NCBI GenBank assembly: GCA_963785235.1
Contig: CAWAUM010000011.1
Location: forward strand, 32,001-96,000
Direction: 5' to 3'
DNA from: an uncultured delta proteobacterium
Lineage (GTDB): Bacteria > Desulfobacterota > Desulfomonilia > UBA1062
Length of the DNA stretch: 64,000 bases
The notes under the pieces are model-generated. The model was not told where the DNA came from. It saw only the letters and a list, made by a program, of their open reading frames with translations, and did no database searches. Positions 31,211 to 41,102 of the stretch are shown here, in pieces. A program made the translations under genes and the position numbers. How positions within the stretch are numbered: position 1 is the first letter of the stretch; each line of letters begins with the position of its first letter.

Positions 31211-32668
31211 ATGGTTGGTATCACAGCGTATGGGGGGTACATACCGCGATATAGACTCAGCAGGATGCTCATCATCCAGAATATGGCGTGGTATTTCCCT
31301 GTCATTATGGCGGTGGCCGGTGGTGAAAAGGCCATTGCAAACTGGGACGAGGATGCCATCAGCATGGCCGTAGATGCCGCCTATGACTGCATGGCAGGTA
31401 AGGACAGGAAGCAGCTGGACGGCATCTATCTGGCGTCCACGACGCTGCCCTTTTCCGACAGGTTGAATGCGGGCATCGTGGCTGCCGCGTTAAATGCCCG
31501 GGAGGACGGCTTAACAAGCGCGGACTTCAGCTCCTGCCTCAAGGCCGGCACCACTGCAGCCATTGCGGCAGTCAATGCAATCCAGGCTGGAGAGAAGGAC
31601 AATATCCTCGTGGTGGCCACCGACCAGCGCAGGACCAAGATGGCCACCCTGCTGGAGATGTTCTACGGCGACGGAGCGGCTGCGCTGCTCTTCGGCAGCA
31701 AGGATGTAATTGCGGAGTTCAAGGGCAGTTACTCCATAAGCTGCGACTTCATTGACCACTACAAAGGCCATGACAAGGAATTCGACTACAACTGGGAAGA
31801 GCGCTGGGTTCGTGACGAAGGCTATGGCAAGATCATCCCCGAGGCCATCAGAGGGTTCTTCAAGAAGACCGGGATGTCCATGGCCGATATCGCCAAGGTC
31901 GTCTATCCCTGTTATTTCACCGGCACGCACAAGTCTATTGCCAAAGATCTGGGTATAGATGGCGCGAAACTCCAGGATAACCTCCACGGCATCTGCGGGG
32001 ATACGGGCACGGCACACCCGTTGGTCATGTTTGCCGCCGCCCTCTCCGAGGCAAAGCCCGGTGACAAGCTGCTGCTTGCCGGTTTCGGCCAGGGCTGCGA
32101 TGTGCTCTGCTTCGAGGCCACGGACAAAATTACAAAGTTCAGGCCGAATAAAGGCATCAAGGGCCACCTCGCTGCAAAGGTGGACTTCACCAACTATCTG
32201 AAATTCGCCAAGTTCAGGGACCTCATCATGGCAGACCTGGGCATCAGGGGCGAGGCAAACCCCAATACCTCCTTAAGTACCCTGTGGAGGAAGCGCAAGA
32301 TGATCATGGGCTTTGTGGGCCACAAGTGCACCAAGTGCGGGACAGCCCAGTTTCCGCCCATGCCCATGTGCGTGAAGCCTGACTGTAATGCCACAGGGCA
32401 GTTTGTGGACTATGAATTTGCTGACAAGCCCGGAAGGGTGGAGATGTTCACGGGTGACCTGCTCTCACCATCGGTGGACCCGCCGGCGGTATACGGCATG
32501 GTCTCGTTCGACGGCGGCGGCAGGGTCTTTGTGGACTTCACCGACTGCGACATGAACCAGGTCAAGGTCGGCATGCCCGTCAAGATGACCTTCAGGCGCA
32601 GGTCGTCGGACCAGGTAAGGGGCTTCACCGGGTATTTCTGGAAGGCCGTGCCCCAGGTTGCACGTTGA
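31211..32668 (+). CDS. HMG-CoA synthase-like domain fused to DUF35 Zn-ribbon/OB-fold
   Basis: GITAYGGYIPRYRL, DEDAISMAV, GDGAAA; C-terminal CTKCG..FPP...C and OB-fold ending YFWKAVP. Confidence 0.85.
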   Translation: MVGITAYGGYIPRYRLSRMLIIQNMAWYFPVIMAVAGGEKAIANWDEDAISMAVDAAYDCMAGKDRKQLDGIYLASTTLPFSDRLNAGIVAAALNAREDGLTSADFSSCLKAGTTAAIAAVNAIQAGEKDNILVVATDQRRTKMATLLEMFYGDGAAALLFGSKDVIAEFKGSYSISCDFIDHYKGHDKEFDYNWEERWVRDEGYGKIIPEAIRGFFKKTGMSMADIAKVVYPCYFTGTHKSIAKDLGIDGAKLQDNLHGICGDTGTAHPLVMFAAALSEAKPGDKLLLAGFGQGCDVLCFEATDKITKFRPNKGIKGHLAAKVDFTNYLKFAKFRDLIMADLGIRGEANPNTSLSTLWRKRKMIMGFVGHKCTKCGTAQFPPMPMCVKPDCNATGQFVDYEFADKPGRVEMFTGDLLSPSVDPPAVYGMVSFDGGGRVFVDFTDCDMNQVKVGMPVKMTFRRRSSDQVRGFTGYFWKAVPQVAR

Positions 32669-32679
32669 GGAGGCAGACA

Positions 32680-33885
32680 ATGGCAAGCGGAATTAAAGAT
32701 AAGGTAGCCATCTTGGGAATGGGGTGTTCGAAGTTCGGCGAGCGGTGGAACGACAGTGCGGAAGATCTCATGGTAGAGGCCTTCCAGGAGTGCATCGCCG
32801 ATGCCGGTATTGATAAGAATCAGATCCAGGCAGCATGGCTGGGCTTATGCTTCGACGAGATCAACCTGGGCAAGAGCGCGCTTTCGGCCTCTGTGACGCT
32901 GAGGCTGCCCAACATCGCGGTGACGCGGGTGGAGAATTTCTGTGCCAGCGGCACGGAGTCATTCAGGGGGGCGGTCTATGCCGTTGCCTCCGGGGCCTGT
33001 GATATTGCGCTGGCTATCGGTGTTGAGAAGCTCAAGGATATCGGCTATGGCGGGCTGCCGGAATTCAGTTCCGCCATGGGTATTTCCAACTCGCTGTGGT
33101 TTCCCAACCTGACTGCGCCAGGCGGTTTTGCCATGCTGGCCACGGGTTATGCGGCAAAGTATGGTCTGGACATCCAGGAGGTGAAGAGGGCCATGGCCCA
33201 TATCTCGGTGAAGAGCCATGCCAACGGCGCCCTGAACCCCAAGGCCCACCTGCGGAAGCCCGTCACCGAGGAGCAGGTGCTCATGTCACCCATGATCGCC
33301 TTCCCTCTGGGGCTCTTCGACTGCTGCGGTGTGAGCGACGGTGCGGCTTGTGCCATCGTAACCACACCGGAGATCGCCAGGTCTTTCGGCAAGAAGGACA
33401 TCATCTCGGTAAAGGCCCTGCAGCTGGCGCTCTCCAACGGGACCGAGATCGCCTACGACTGGGACGGAGCTCACTTCCTGACCACCACCAAGGCGAGCAC
33501 GGCAGCCTACAACGAGGCGGGCATCAGGAACCCAAGGGAGGAGATCAGCATGATGGAGGTGCACGACTGCTTCTCCATCACCGAGCTCGTCACCATGGAA
33601 GACCTCCACATATCCGAACGGGGCAAGGCACCGAAAGACATCATGGATGGTTTCTACGACCGTGGTGGAAGACTCCCCTGCCAGGTCGACGGCGGTCTCA
33701 AGTGTTTCGGCCACCCCATCGGTGCATCGGGGTTGAGGATGCTCTATGAGATGTACCTCCAGTTCCTTGGACGTGCGGGAGACAGGCAGCTCAAAGATCC
33801 GAAGTACGGGCTTACCCACAACCTCGGCGGGTTTCCCATGCTGAACATCTGCAGCATTGCCATTTTGGGCAGATACGGGAATTAG
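32680..33885 (+). CDS. SCP2-type thiolase / acetyl-CoA acetyltransferase
   Basis: VENFCASG, DGAACAIV, EVHDCF, GHPIGASG, HNLGG. Confidence 0.9.
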   Translation: MASGIKDKVAILGMGCSKFGERWNDSAEDLMVEAFQECIADAGIDKNQIQAAWLGLCFDEINLGKSALSASVTLRLPNIAVTRVENFCASGTESFRGAVYAVASGACDIALAIGVEKLKDIGYGGLPEFSSAMGISNSLWFPNLTAPGGFAMLATGYAAKYGLDIQEVKRAMAHISVKSHANGALNPKAHLRKPVTEEQVLMSPMIAFPLGLFDCCGVSDGAACAIVTTPEIARSFGKKDIISVKALQLALSNGTEIAYDWDGAHFLTTTKASTAAYNEAGIRNPREEISMMEVHDCFSITELVTMEDLHISERGKAPKDIMDGFYDRGGRLPCQVDGGLKCFGHPIGASGLRMLYEMYLQFLGRAGDRQLKDPKYGLTHNLGGFPMLNICSIAILGRYGN

Positions 33886-33895
33886 GAGGCATTTC

Positions 33896-34345
33896 ATGGC
33901 AGACAAAAGCAAGGTCGGAAAGGAATATGCCCCGGTCAGCTGGGAGGTGGAGCGTGGCAAGATCAGGGAAATGGCAAAGGCCATCGGCGACCCCAACCCC
34001 ATATATTTGGATAAGGATGCAGCCGTTCAGGAGGGGTACAAGGATTGCCCTGCGCCCCCGACATTTCTCACGGTCCCCCTCATGTGGTCGTCCTCCATGC
34101 CTGGTGTCATCACGGACCTGGCCATCAACTTCATGATGGTGCTCCATGGAGAAGAACAATACGAGTACTACCAGGAGATCTATCCCGGTGACGTGATAAC
34201 CGCTACGCCCAAGGTGGCGGCCATCGAGGAGAAGACGAACAAGGCGGGCAGGAAGATGGACATGGTGACCTTGGAGTTCCTCTATACGAACCAGAGGGGC
34301 GAAAAGGTCGCCAAGGCCACGTCGCTGCTCGTTGAGAGAAAGTAG
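33896..34345 (+). CDS. MaoC-like dehydratase, N-terminal-type hot-dog subunit
   Basis: VERGKIREMAKAIGDPNPIY, APPTF, LHGEEQYEY; AGGAGG RBS. Confidence 0.85.
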   Translation: MADKSKVGKEYAPVSWEVERGKIREMAKAIGDPNPIYLDKDAAVQEGYKDCPAPPTFLTVPLMWSSSMPGVITDLAINFMMVLHGEEQYEYYQEIYPGDVITATPKVAAIEEKTNKAGRKMDMVTLEFLYTNQRGEKVAKATSLLVERK

Positions 34346-34355
34346 GAGGGACTCT

Positions 34356-34790
34356 ATGGCGCATCAGATCTATTTTGAAGACATCGCAATCGGAACCCAG
34401 ATGCCCGCCCTCGTCAAGGGGCCCCTTATAAAGCTCCAGCATGTCATCTATGCAGGTGCATCGGGCGACTTCAACCCGCTGCACACGGACGATGACTTTG
34501 CCAGGGCAGTGGGTATGAAGGACGGGGTGATCACCCACGGCATGCTCGTCATGGGTTTTGTGGGGCAGGCCATTACGAGCTGGATACCAAAGAAGAATCT
34601 CAAGCGTTTCGCCTTGAGGTTTGCCGGCATGACCAGGCCGGGCAACACCATCACCATAACCGGCAAGGTTATTGACAAGAGGAAACAGGCAGGGGAGAAT
34701 CTCATAACCTGTGAGGTTGTTGCCGTTGATGAGGCTCTCGATGTGAAGGTCACCGGGAGTTTCGACGCGGCCCTTCCCACAAAGTCCTGA
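34356..34790 (+). CDS. MaoC dehydratase, catalytic subunit
   Basis: YAGASGDFNPLHTD...VITHGML hydratase-2 motif; AGGAGG RBS. Confidence 0.9.
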   Translation: MAHQIYFEDIAIGTQMPALVKGPLIKLQHVIYAGASGDFNPLHTDDDFARAVGMKDGVITHGMLVMGFVGQAITSWIPKKNLKRFALRFAGMTRPGNTITITGKVIDKRKQAGENLITCEVVAVDEALDVKVTGSFDAALPTKS

Positions 34791-34827
34791 TTAAGTGATT
34801 GATGTAACTAAGAGGAAGGGAGAGCAT

Positions 34828-35736
34828 ATGGCAAAGATAGATTTTACCGGAAGGGTTGCAATAGTAACGGGCTCCGGCGCCGGCCTGGGAAGGCAGTACG
34901 CCCTTGAGCTGGCCAAGAGGGGCGCAAAGATCGTGGTGAACGATCTGGGGGGAAGCCGTGACGGCGTGGGCCACAGCGATGCGGCGGCGAACAAGGTGGT
35001 GGAAGAGATCAAGGCCCTGGGCAGCCAGGCAGTCCCGAACTATGACAACGTGGCAACGGCAGCCGGCGGGGAGAACATCGTGAAGACCGCCATCGATGCC
35101 TTCGGCAAGGTGGATATACTCATCAACAACGCCGGGATCCTCAGGGACAAGTCCTTCAACAAGATGGAAGAGGAGAACTGGGATACGGTCATGGCCGTGC
35201 ATCTGCGCGGCGCCTACTGCGTGAGCAAGCCCGCCTTCGTCAATATGAGGGAGAACGGCTACGGCCGGATCATCATGACCACATCCGGGGCAGGCCTGTT
35301 CGGCAACTTCGGGCAGAGCAACTACGCATCGGCAAAGATGGGTCTCGTCGGGCTCACCAACGTGCTCAAGCTTGAAGGCGCCAAGTACAACATCAAGACC
35401 AATGTGATCGTGCCTGTGGCCGCATCGCGCCTCACCGAAGATGTCCTGCCGCCCCAGCTCTTTGAAAAGATGAAGCCGGATTTCATCACCCCGGCAGTGC
35501 TCTACATGTGTTCCGAACTCTGCAGCGATTCGGGCATGATCATCAATGCCACGCTGGGCTATTACAGCCGCTCGGCAATGGTGACCGGACCCGGCGTGTT
35601 CCTCTCCGACGGGCACAGAATCCCTGAGCCTGAAGAGATCATGGAGGCCTGGGACAAGATCAAGAGCCTTGAAGACCCGAAGTACTTCGATCAGCTTCCC
35701 GAGATGTTCGGGGTGCTGGGGCCGTTGCTTCAATAG
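34828..35736 (+). CDS. SDR, MFE-2-like (3R)-hydroxyacyl-CoA dehydrogenase
   Basis: TGSGAGLG, VVNDLGG, NNAGILRD, GNFGQSNYASAK. Confidence 0.85.
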   Translation: MAKIDFTGRVAIVTGSGAGLGRQYALELAKRGAKIVVNDLGGSRDGVGHSDAAANKVVEEIKALGSQAVPNYDNVATAAGGENIVKTAIDAFGKVDILINNAGILRDKSFNKMEEENWDTVMAVHLRGAYCVSKPAFVNMRENGYGRIIMTTSGAGLFGNFGQSNYASAKMGLVGLTNVLKLEGAKYNIKTNVIVPVAASRLTEDVLPPQLFEKMKPDFITPAVLYMCSELCSDSGMIINATLGYYSRSAMVTGPGVFLSDGHRIPEPEEIMEAWDKIKSLEDPKYFDQLPEMFGVLGPLLQ

Positions 35737-35759
35737 AGCCCATTGAAAAAGTCTAAGAT

Positions 35760-35830
35760 TGTCATTCCTGCGAAAGCTGGAATCCAGTCTTTCCAAGAAC
35801 TTCTGGACCCCCGCTTTCGCGGGGGTGACA
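35760..35830. repeat. REP-like palindromic doublet (GTCATTCCCGCG-type), copy 1
   Basis: GTCATTCCTGCGAAAGCTGGAATCCAG...CTGGACCCCCGCTTTCGCGGGGGTGAC; imperfect outer inverted repeat 35736-35753/35839-35856. Confidence 0.8.
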
Positions 35831-35890
35831 CCTTTTTTGAGTTTTGCAATTGCCTCGAAAGACTAAGGTTAAGGATCACGCCACCGGGGA

Positions 35891-36523
35891 TTATCCCCGG
35901 CCCAGCTGTAGAAACCGTATTTCATACTCCTCAGGCAGGAAAAGGGCTAGTGATGCCTCCTCAACGGCTCCGACCGTAATCACATAGCGCCTGTCCCTTA
36001 AAAGCCTTTTTTTCATCCCTGCTCCGGCAGGGATTTTTTCAATGGTGGTTCCGTCGATTTCCATAATGGATGGTGTGTGTGAGTGGCCCCTGAAAAGGAT
36101 CTTGTACGGTATAATAGATCCCAGGTCTACGAGGGGATGGCTGTCGGTAATGGGCCAGCTCGTTGCAGCGGGCCAGTCAAAGGGGGCCGAGTGGGCAAAG
36201 CAAATATCATCGATGGTGATGGTGTAGGGCAACCCGGAAAGGAAGGAGAGGACCTCCGGGGAAAGGCTGTTCGCATGGCTGCCCTGGTGGTTGACCATGA
36301 TGGCATACTCGTTGTTGCCCATGACCGTTCGCACGCCATGTTCCATCAACATGGGTACGGCATCTTCCAGGGCAAGAGGGGCCAGCGAGTCGCAGATATC
36401 GCCCAGGTGGAAGATGGTCTGGACGCCCCTATCTTTGAGCAGGAGGATCGCCTGGAGGAGGAGCTCGTTTTCCCCGTGGCTGTCTGCGATGATGCCGATC
36501 GGGCCGTGCAAGCCGGATTCCAT
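35891..36523 (-). CDS. Metallophosphoesterase (calcineurin-like)
   Basis: ADSHG, HLGDI, MGNNE, GHSH motifs; start uncertain. Confidence 0.85.
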   Translation of the reverse strand: MESGLHGPIGIIADSHGENELLLQAILLLKDRGVQTIFHLGDICDSLAPLALEDAVPMLMEHGVRTVMGNNEYAIMVNHQGSHANSLSPEVLSFLSGLPYTITIDDICFAHSAPFDWPAATSWPITDSHPLVDLGSIIPYKILFRGHSHTPSIMEIDGTTIEKIPAGAGMKKRLLRDRRYVITVGAVEEASLALFLPEEYEIRFLQLGRG

Positions 36524-36619
36524 TGCTAAAGGCATAGAGGATGGATTTTTTATTTGCAAGGGAAATGAAAGAGAGTGTCAATCCCTCATGAAATGTTGTT
36601 GCAAAAAGGTGTTTTTTTT

Positions 36620-36688
36620 GTCGTCCCCGCGAAGGCGGGGACCCAGGGGCTCTTATAAAGACTGGATTCCCGCCTTCGCGGGAATGAC
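36620..36688. repeat. REP-like palindromic doublet, copy 2
   Basis: GTCGTCCCCGCGAAGGCGGGGACCCAG...CTGGATTCCCGCCTTCGCGGGAATGAC. Confidence 0.8.
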
Positions 36689-36751
36689 GCATGAGATGCT
36701 TTTTCACCCCGAGGGTTGAAGAAGCTTCTGTCGGGGATATGACAATCCCCC

Positions 36752-36800
36752 TTGACACCCTTACCCCCCGGAGGTTATAAAGTTTAAAGTGAAACTTTAA
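36752..36800 (+). promoter_or_regulatory. sigma70-like promoter with overlapping palindromic operator
   Basis: TTGACA at 36752, TTATAAA at 36775-36781, TTAAAGT-GAA-ACTTTAA at 36784-36800. Confidence 0.55.
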
Positions 36801-36823
36801 CATATCCCTTCAGGGGGTTCTTT

Positions 36824-38318
36824 ATGCCCGACTATGATGTGGTGGTTATCGGCGCAGGCAACGGCGGTATGACAGCGGCGCTCACCCTTGCCAAGGCAGG
36901 CCGCAAGGTACTTCTTCTCGAAAGGCACAATATCCCGGGCGGGTGTGCCACGAGCTTTATCCGCGGCAGGTTCGAGTTCGAGGTGGCACTCCACCAGCTC
37001 AGCGGCATGGGCTCAGCAGAAAAGCCCGGTCCTTTGAGGTCTATTCTCGGCGAGATGGGGGTCCTTGAGCAGGCTCGAGTTCGTGGAGATAGAGAACCTT
37101 TACCGGGTCGTGTTCCCCGGAACCTTCGATGTGACGCTCAAAGCGGACCGGGAAGAGGCCATAAAGGAGCTCGCCAAGCGATTCCCCAAGGAGGCCGATT
37201 CCATCCGCAGGTTCTTCGATCTGATCTATGATTTCTGCATGCAGCTCGTCCAGGGGATTTTCTTCCACGACCCCGACATCTCCAAGGAGAAGTACCCGCT
37301 CTATTTCAAGTATGCCCTGAAGAACTCCCAGGAGGTCCTGGATGAATACTTCGAAAACCCCTTCCTGAAGGCCATCCTGAGCGTTTACTGGGGGTATGTT
37401 GGCGTACCTCCCCGCCAATTGCCCTTCGGCGACCTGGCCATCATGCTGTGGGCCTACATAGAGTTCAAACCCTACCACCTCAAGGGAGGGTCCCAGGCCC
37501 TGTCCAATGCCCTCCTTGACGTTTTCCTTCAGGCCGGAGGCGAGGTGCGCTTCAACTGTGCGGCCCAGAAGATCATTGTTGAAAACGGAGCGGTAAAGGG
37601 TGTCATCACCGAGCATGGCGACCGTGTGGATACCGGTTATGTGGTATCCAATGCGAGCTCCATCCAGACCTACATCGACCTTATCGATCGCAGTGAAGTC
37701 CCCAAAAGCCAGCTGGATACCTTCAGGAGCTCCACCATCGGCCCTTCCGCCTTCACGGTGTATATGGGCCTTGATTGTGAACCCGGCGATATCGGCATAC
37801 ACGAGACCACGAACTTCCTCACCACAACCACCGACGCGGACAGGGCCTTTGATCTCTGGAAGACCATGGAACCCCAGGGCTGGGCGCTACTCACCTGCTA
37901 CGACGTGTCCGACCCTGACTTCTCTCCCCCGGGCACCTGCCAGGCAGCCCTTGTTGCCCTGCAGTATGCCGACCCATGGTACACGGTCTCTCCCCAGCAG
38001 TATGCAGATGCAAAATACCGCTATGCAGATGCCATGCTCGATCTTGCCGAGCGGGTTTTCCCCGGGCTGCGGGGCCGCATCGAAGAGCTGGAGGCAGCCA
38101 CCCCCCTTACCCATATGCGCTACCTGAACCATCCGGGCGGGGCCATCTACGGGTTCGATCAGTATGCCAAGGACTCCGCGTATTTCCTCTCGGGCAAATC
38201 CGCCATCAAGGGGCTCTACCACGCGGGCGCATGGGCGGGCAGCGGCGGGTTCCAGCCCACGCTTACCTCGGGCAGGTCCACGGCGCGCACGATCCTGAAG
38301 GCAATGAGGAACAAGTGA
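36824..38318 (+). CDS. Phytoene desaturase/retinol saturase-family FAD oxidoreductase, frameshifted near 37064
   Basis: YDVVVIGAGNGG, ERHNIPGG, FEFEVALH in the first frame; KGGSQALSNAL, ATPLT, GAIYGF, GLYHAGAW in the second. Confidence 0.8.
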
Positions 38319-38332
38319 GGAGGTTTTAAGCC

Positions 38333-39493
38333 ATGGCGCTCAAAGATGTATTGAAGGACATGGAAGGTTACCAGGAGATAGCACGCGAGATAGAGGTGCT
38401 GAGAAAATACGGCTCCGACTACAGCTCAAGTAAGGGTGTTGTGGAGCACATCATATCGCTGCTCCACCCCAAGAGGATCACCCTGAAGCTCTCCGAGGTC
38501 ATCCAAGAGACGAGTTCCAGCAAGACCTTCAGGTTTGCGGCAAAAGGCGGCTATCTGCCGCCCTTCCAGGCAGGCCAGTATGTCAACATCTTCGTGGATG
38601 TGGGCGGAATAAGGACAAGCAGGCCTTACAGCATGTCTTCGGCGCCAACGCAGCTGGGATACTATGACATCACCATCCGCAACATGGCAGACGGTTTTGT
38701 CTCGGGGTTTTTCCTCGATGAGGTTGCAGTGGGCGCCGAGTTCGAGGCCACATCACCCTCGGGTAATTTCATTTACAACCCGCTCTTCCATGGTGAAGAC
38801 CTGGTTTTCCTGGCAGGGGGCAGCGGTGTGACCCCGTTCATGAGCATGATCCGCGAGGTTGCTGACCGGGGCCTGTCACGCCGGATCCACCTCATCTACG
38901 GAAGCCAGGACCCCGATGACATCATCTTCGCAGGCGAGCTTTCGGCCATAACGGAAAAACATGGGAATATCTCCTGCAGCCTGGTCATATCCAACCCACC
39001 CAAGGGATACAAAGGTTTGACCGGCTTCATCACGGCAGAGCTCATGAAAAAAATCCTGGGCGATGTCACAGGAAAGACCTTCTACCTGTGCGGGCCAGAC
39101 GCCATGTACACCTTCTGTCTGAACGAGCTGGAAAAACTCGGTATCCCCAGAAGGAAGATCCGCACCGAGGTCTATGGACCGCCCAGGGATGTTACCACCC
39201 AGCCCGGGTGGCCCTCAGATGTGAAACCGGCTCATGTCTTCACCGTGAAAATCAAGGGAGGCAAGACGATCCCTGCAAAGGCATCCGAGCCGTTGATGAT
39301 CTCGCTGGAAAGAAATGGGGTCGTGATCCCGGCGCTGTGCAGATCCGGAGAATGCAGCCTGTGCCGGACAAAGTTGCTTACGGGAAAGGTATTCCAGCCC
39401 GAAGGGGTAAGGCTGAGAAAATCCGACAGGCAGTTCGGCTACATCCACCCATGCATGGCCTACCCCCTAACCGACCTGGAGATCCTGCTGTAA
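38333..39493 (+). CDS. FAD/NAD-binding reductase with C-terminal 2Fe-2S ferredoxin (PaaE/Hcr-like)
   Basis: FQAGQY, RPYSMSS, AGGSGVTPF, YLCGP, CRSGECSLC...C. Confidence 0.85.
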   Translation: MALKDVLKDMEGYQEIAREIEVLRKYGSDYSSSKGVVEHIISLLHPKRITLKLSEVIQETSSSKTFRFAAKGGYLPPFQAGQYVNIFVDVGGIRTSRPYSMSSAPTQLGYYDITIRNMADGFVSGFFLDEVAVGAEFEATSPSGNFIYNPLFHGEDLVFLAGGSGVTPFMSMIREVADRGLSRRIHLIYGSQDPDDIIFAGELSAITEKHGNISCSLVISNPPKGYKGLTGFITAELMKKILGDVTGKTFYLCGPDAMYTFCLNELEKLGIPRRKIRTEVYGPPRDVTTQPGWPSDVKPAHVFTVKIKGGKTIPAKASEPLMISLERNGVVIPALCRSGECSLCRTKLLTGKVFQPEGVRLRKSDRQFGYIHPCMAYPLTDLEILL

Positions 39494-39537
39494 GCATAGA
39501 TAGTACGGATATAACTCAATTGCAGAACCAGCAGGAC

Positions 39538-39636
39538 GTCATTCCCGCGAATGAATTAGCATGTGTCATTCCCGCGGAGGCGGGAATCCAGTTTTTCAAA
39601 TCCTTCTGCACCCCCGCCTTCGCGGGGGTGACACAT
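39538..39636. repeat. REP-like palindromic doublet, copy 3, preceded by a partial unit
   Basis: GTCATTCCCGCGAA (39538-39551) then GTCATTCCCGCGGAGGCGGGAATCCAG...CCCCCGCCTTCGCGGGGGTGAC. Confidence 0.8.
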
Positions 39637-39658
39637 ATTCTGAACAGGTAAAATTTCT

Positions 39659-40813
39659 TCACCTCGAAGCAACAAGCCGTGCTGGCTGCTCAAGCACATC
39701 CAGAATCCCCTGTGCGCAGTAAACGCGGTCGCGCCTGGTCTGCCTGATCTCCTTTACGATACCCAAGCTCACCAGCTTATCAATGGCCCGCTGGGCCGTA
39801 GTGAAGGCAATGCCCAGGTCAACCGAGAGCTTCTTGGCCGTGATATACGGGTTCGCAGCAAGGCAGTCCAGTGTCTGGGGCAGCACCCTGGAGACTGTCA
39901 CCGCCACTTCGGCACGCCACTTGGCCATGAGGTCGTTGATGGTCTCCGCCCGGTTCAAAGCATCTTCGGCCTGGCGGGCAATGCCGTTGAAAAAATAGAC
40001 AAGCCATGCCTCCCAGTTGCCCTGGCTGCTGACGCTGCGCAGCATTTCGTAGTAATGGTTCCTAGTCGCCTCGAAAAATGCGCTCAGGTAGAGCATGGGT
40101 GTAGGCAGCACGCCCCGCTCCACCAGGAACAACGTGATGAGGAGACGTCCCACCCTGCCGTTGCCGTCGAGAAAGGGATGGATCGCCTCGAACTGGTAGT
40201 GGGCCAGGGCTATCTGCACTAAAGGCGGCAGCGTCGCATCCTGGAGAAAGGCCTCAAGACCTGCCATGCATTCGGCCAGCATGTCGGGCGGTGGCGGCAC
40301 ATAGGTGGCGTCCATCAGTGTGCAGCCAGGCGCGCCGATCCAGTTCTGGGTCCTACGGAATTCGCCCGGTGTGGCATGCTCCCCCCGCACGTCGTGCATG
40401 AGCTTCTCGTGGATCTCTAAGATGAGCGGGGTGGAGAGCGGAAGAGTTTTCAGCCGCTCGATGCCGTAGTCCAGCGCTGCCACATAGTTGGCCACCTCCT
40501 TGAGGTCATCGGGGCTGCGGTCGACAAAAGCGCCTGCATCCGAGGCCAGAATCTCACCCAGGGTGGCCTGGGTGCCCTCGATGCGGCTCGACAGCACCGC
40601 CTCGCGGGTAAGGAACGGCCGCATGAGCAGGTGCGGGTTGGCAAGCCTCCCGCCTTCACCTGCCAGCCACCCGATGAGCCGGTCCGCCTCGGAAAGGGCG
40701 CGGAGCAGGGCAGGAGTCCAGGTGAGCACGGGGGGCAAGCGGTCGGGCATGAACGCAGTGATGCCGGGCTTGATCTTTACCGCACGCCCCGGGCTTTTTA
40801 ATGGTTTTGCCAT
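39659..40813 (-). CDS. Fic family protein, class II (N-terminal inhibitory motif), probable C-terminal HTH
   Basis: SSRIEG and HPFLDGNGRVGR motifs. Confidence 0.92.
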   Translation of the reverse strand: MAKPLKSPGRAVKIKPGITAFMPDRLPPVLTWTPALLRALSEADRLIGWLAGEGGRLANPHLLMRPFLTREAVLSSRIEGTQATLGEILASDAGAFVDRSPDDLKEVANYVAALDYGIERLKTLPLSTPLILEIHEKLMHDVRGEHATPGEFRRTQNWIGAPGCTLMDATYVPPPPDMLAECMAGLEAFLQDATLPPLVQIALAHYQFEAIHPFLDGNGRVGRLLITLFLVERGVLPTPMLYLSAFFEATRNHYYEMLRSVSSQGNWEAWLVYFFNGIARQAEDALNRAETINDLMAKWRAEVAVTVSRVLPQTLDCLAANPYITAKKLSVDLGIAFTTAQRAIDKLVSLGIVKEIRQTRRDRVYCAQGILDVLEQPARLVASR

Positions 40814-40919
40814 GGTTCCTCCTTATGTGCAGCAGTGAAAATAGCGCAGGATGCTATTAGCGATATCGTATGTATTCGAAAATAGCAAGGGTATGTCGGA
40901 TGTGGTGGGGTATACGGTC

Positions 40920-41102
40920 ATATTCTCTAATCTCATCATGGCCCTGCAGGCAGGACTGCCGCTTCTGGATTTCACCAGTATCCGAGGGAGAACAAGAGAA
41001 GAATATTTTCAGGCAGTCCGTATTGGTATGCGTAAGGATTATAACCCTATGAAGAAGATATTCTTTTCCGTAGTTTCAAAGACTTTGAAGTCCTCGCAGT
41101 AA
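40920..41102 (+). pseudogene. C-terminal remnant of a small Fic protein
   Basis: IMALQAGLPLLDF...EEYFQAVRIGMRKDYNPMKKIF resembles Fic C-termini; no HPFxxGNGR upstream. Confidence 0.55.

Noticed and set aside
37055-37070. Programmed ribosomal frameshift in the FAD oxidoreductase (and likewise uup, envC, ctpA)
   Set aside because: No slippery heptamer or stimulatory structure seen; four similar single-base insertions favour sequencing error
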